The translations under genes and the position numbers were made by a program. Source: a virus (Duplodnaviria; Caudoviricetes). Taken from it: a stretch of DNA of 64,000 nt. The stretch is taken from IMG/VR virus record IMGVR_UViG_640753059_000001. One strand, given 5' to 3'. Positions 62,359 to 64,000 of the stretch are shown piece by piece. The notes beneath the pieces are model-generated. The model saw only the letters and a list, made by a program, of their open reading frames with translations. It was not told the DNA's origin and searched no databases. The first letter of the stretch is position 1, and every line of letters starts with the position of its first letter.

Positions 62359-62846
62359 TTTCCCGCCTCAGCTCTGGCTTTGTTCACGATGGCGGTGAGC
62401 GCATGCACGATTTCCGCTTCCGGCCGGCCTAGCCCACGAAGGGCCTCAGACAGGTCATAGAGTCGCTCCGCGACCCGAAGGGGGTCGATGCCGATGATTG
62501 ACCACCAAAGCTCCTCCCCGTTGGCGTGCTGGGAATACTTGTCGCCCTGGTGGACATCGGGGGCCAACGGCACGGTCCATCTGTCGTCCGGCTTCGCGCT
62601 TCCAGGGCCTGCCTTCCCCATGGCCGCGCTCGAATAGCGGATATGAGCCGCATCATTCCTCCGGGATGCAGTCGGGAGCGCGCCGGTGGCAAGGCACGGC
62701 AAGTTCCGGATGAGGTCGAGGTGGCCCGCATCCTTCTGCCGGCCGCGCTCGCGCTTAGGCTTCCGCCCCTGCCTCTCTAGAGGATGATCAGGCTTCAGGC
62801 GGTTTGTGTTCCAGCCGCCATCCGGCTCAATGCGGGCGGCCATCAC
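62355..62846 (-). CDS. DUF968-like protein (paralog of 633..1127)
   Basis: Same motifs; about 90/133 identical by hand alignment. Confidence 0.75.
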   Translation of the reverse strand: MMAARIEPDGGWNTNRLKPDHPLERQGRKPKRERGRQKDAGHLDLIRNLPCLATGALPTASRRNDAAHIRYSSAAMGKAGPGSAKPDDRWTVPLAPDVHQGDKYSQHANGEELWWSIIGIDPLRVAERLYDLSEALRGLGRPEAEIVHALTAIVNKARAEAGK

Positions 62847-63010
62847 GCGCGCTCCATCTCTACGACAGGCTCTTCAGGAACCGATCCGTTGTTGATGTAG
62901 ATTGCGACATTCACCCCAGTCTTGTAGACGCATAGGCATCGGCCCATGCGCACGACGCGGTAGCCGGAGCGGATGAGGCGGGCGCGGGCGTCGTGGATTT
63001 CGAGGCGCAT
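62843..63010 (-). CDS. Small hypothetical protein
   Basis: MRLEIHDARARL; coupled. Confidence 0.45.
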   Translation of the reverse strand: MRLEIHDARARLIRSGYRVVRMGRCLCVYKTGVNVAIYINNGSVPEEPVVEMERA

Positions 63011-63012
63011 GG

Positions 63013-63339
63013 TCACTTCCCCTCCTTCAGGAGGCGGCGGCCGGCGTCGGTGATACCCACCGTGTGGTACCGGTACGCAAATGGGCGGGATGACGTGATG
63101 AGCCCAGCATGCCGCAGGCGATCGAGCAGCGCCGTAGTGGTGCAAATCTTCGCCCGGTCCCATGTGCCGCCGGCAAGCACTTCATCAATCGCCTGCAAGA
63201 CACGGTACTGTGCGGGCGTCAGCTTCCCCCTCCCAGCGGGCGGCACAGCCACTTCGACTGCACCGCCCGCGTCCGCCGGGCTGGGGGAGGAGGGGGCTTC
63301 CAGAGGCCCCGGCGGATTGGTGTTCGTGTGATCGGTCAT
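63013..63339 (-). CDS. Winged-helix protein
   Basis: LTPAQYRVL..L.RL..AGLI..ITDAGR. Confidence 0.6.
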   Translation of the reverse strand: MTDHTNTNPPGPLEAPSSPSPADAGGAVEVAVPPAGRGKLTPAQYRVLQAIDEVLAGGTWDRAKICTTTALLDRLRHAGLITSSRPFAYRYHTVGITDAGRRLLKEGK

Positions 63340-63779
63340 GCTGCCCTCTCGGTGAGGCGGGCCTTGCCAAGCGCGAGGATGTCCTCAACGGTCAGGCCCG
63401 GCAGAATTTCAGTGGTGATCGTCAGCATTGCTGCATCGAAATATTCGCGGAACTTGGCGGCATCCATCCGGTCGAACGCCGTCGATTGCGCGCGGGTATC
63501 AACCTCTCCATGGACAGACGCATAGCTCTCGAAATATCCGAGGTGCATCTTCAGGGCGTGGTGCAGGACCTCGCTGGACGACCACTTCCCGGTTGCCGCG
63601 CACACGGCCGACAGGACGGACCAGTAGAGGCGATTGACGCCACCAGATCGCGGCTCGGTAAGTTCGGCGCGGAGCGTCACGCCCTCCCTGTAGCGGGTGA
63701 GCGCTTCGGCATCGAACCGGGCGCGGGGCAAGAGCAGTTCACCCTTGCGCACCAGCCATATGGAGGGCTTGTCGCTCAT
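63336..63779 (-). CDS. DUF1367/NinB-like protein
   Basis: PRS..NRLYW..LK.HLG..STAFDRMD..F.EYFD. Confidence 0.65.
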   Translation of the reverse strand: MSDKPSIWLVRKGELLLPRARFDAEALTRYREGVTLRAELTEPRSGGVNRLYWSVLSAVCAATGKWSSSEVLHHALKMHLGYFESYASVHGEVDTRAQSTAFDRMDAAKFREYFDAAMLTITTEILPGLTVEDILALGKARLTERAA

Positions 63780-64000
63780 GCCGCGGCCTTCCCGCCGCCG
63801 TAGGCGCGGATCTGCTCCACCACCTCCTGCAGCTCGGCGTTGAAGTCGGAGACGGCCTTGGACAGGGCCGCGATGTAGAGTTCATCGCGATGGGTGCGCT
63901 TGATGAAGGGCGGGAGCTTCGGCCAATAGACGCAGATGTCCAGCCATTCGCGCTCGGCCACCCATAGCGCGCCCTGGCATTGGGCGACGTGCTCGCTCGG
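63776..64000 (-). CDS. YqaJ/lambda-exonuclease family, C-terminal part (5' end off window)
   Basis: PSEHVAQCQGALWVAEREWLDICVYWP..RDELYI. Confidence 0.8.
   Translation of the reverse strand, partial: PSEHVAQCQGALWVAEREWLDICVYWPKLPPFIKRTHRDELYIAALSKAVSDFNAELQEVVEQIRAYGGGKAAA

Larger units (their letters stand above)
1..64000. mobile_element. Temperate myovirus-type phage/prophage (alphaproteobacterial host inferred); ends not in window
   Basis: cI/cro switch, terminase-portal-capsid-sheath-baseplate-lysis gene order, no host housekeeping genes. Confidence 0.95.

Overview
The whole window is a GC-rich temperate tailed phage or prophage with a contractile-tail (myovirus-type) morphogenesis operon. 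The host is probably an alphaproteobacterium, judging by GAAC-N7-GAAC/GTTC-N7-GTTC LexA boxes and an alpha-type SSB. Gene order, left to right: (1) leftward early/recombination operon, 1-6444: DUF4326, DUF968-like, stand-alone 5'-3' exonuclease, RecT-like, XRE; (2) lambda-like immunity region with OL/PL, a LexA-boxed 3-gene operon, a rex-position gene, cI, OR/PR and cro; (3) rightward early/replication genes: MT-A70 and NPPF methyltransferases, initiator with iterons, SSB, late regulator; (4) a ~700 nt structured non-coding cluster with an arm-permuted tRNA mimic and a degenerate tRNA-Trp; (5) terminase with an intein in TerL, then portal, head, neck and tail genes; (6) two paralogous tape-measure-like genes carrying different cell-wall hydrolase domains; (7) a P22 immI-like antirepressor island; (8) baseplate, fibre and two beta-helix tailspikes; (9) GH19 lysis cassette; (10) nucleotide-enzyme cluster; (11) from 56920 to the end, a second leftward early-type operon with paralogs of the left-arm genes and a YqaJ-like exonuclease. 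I found no integrase, att site, CRISPR array, reverse transcriptase or host gene. The most novel-looking items are the permuted tRNA-like/ncRNA cluster, the twin tape-measure proteins, a membrane-tethered MuF-domain moron, SOS boxes controlling accessory operons, and an ATC codon at the expected tail-tube start. All family names come from motif recognition by eye, not from database searches.
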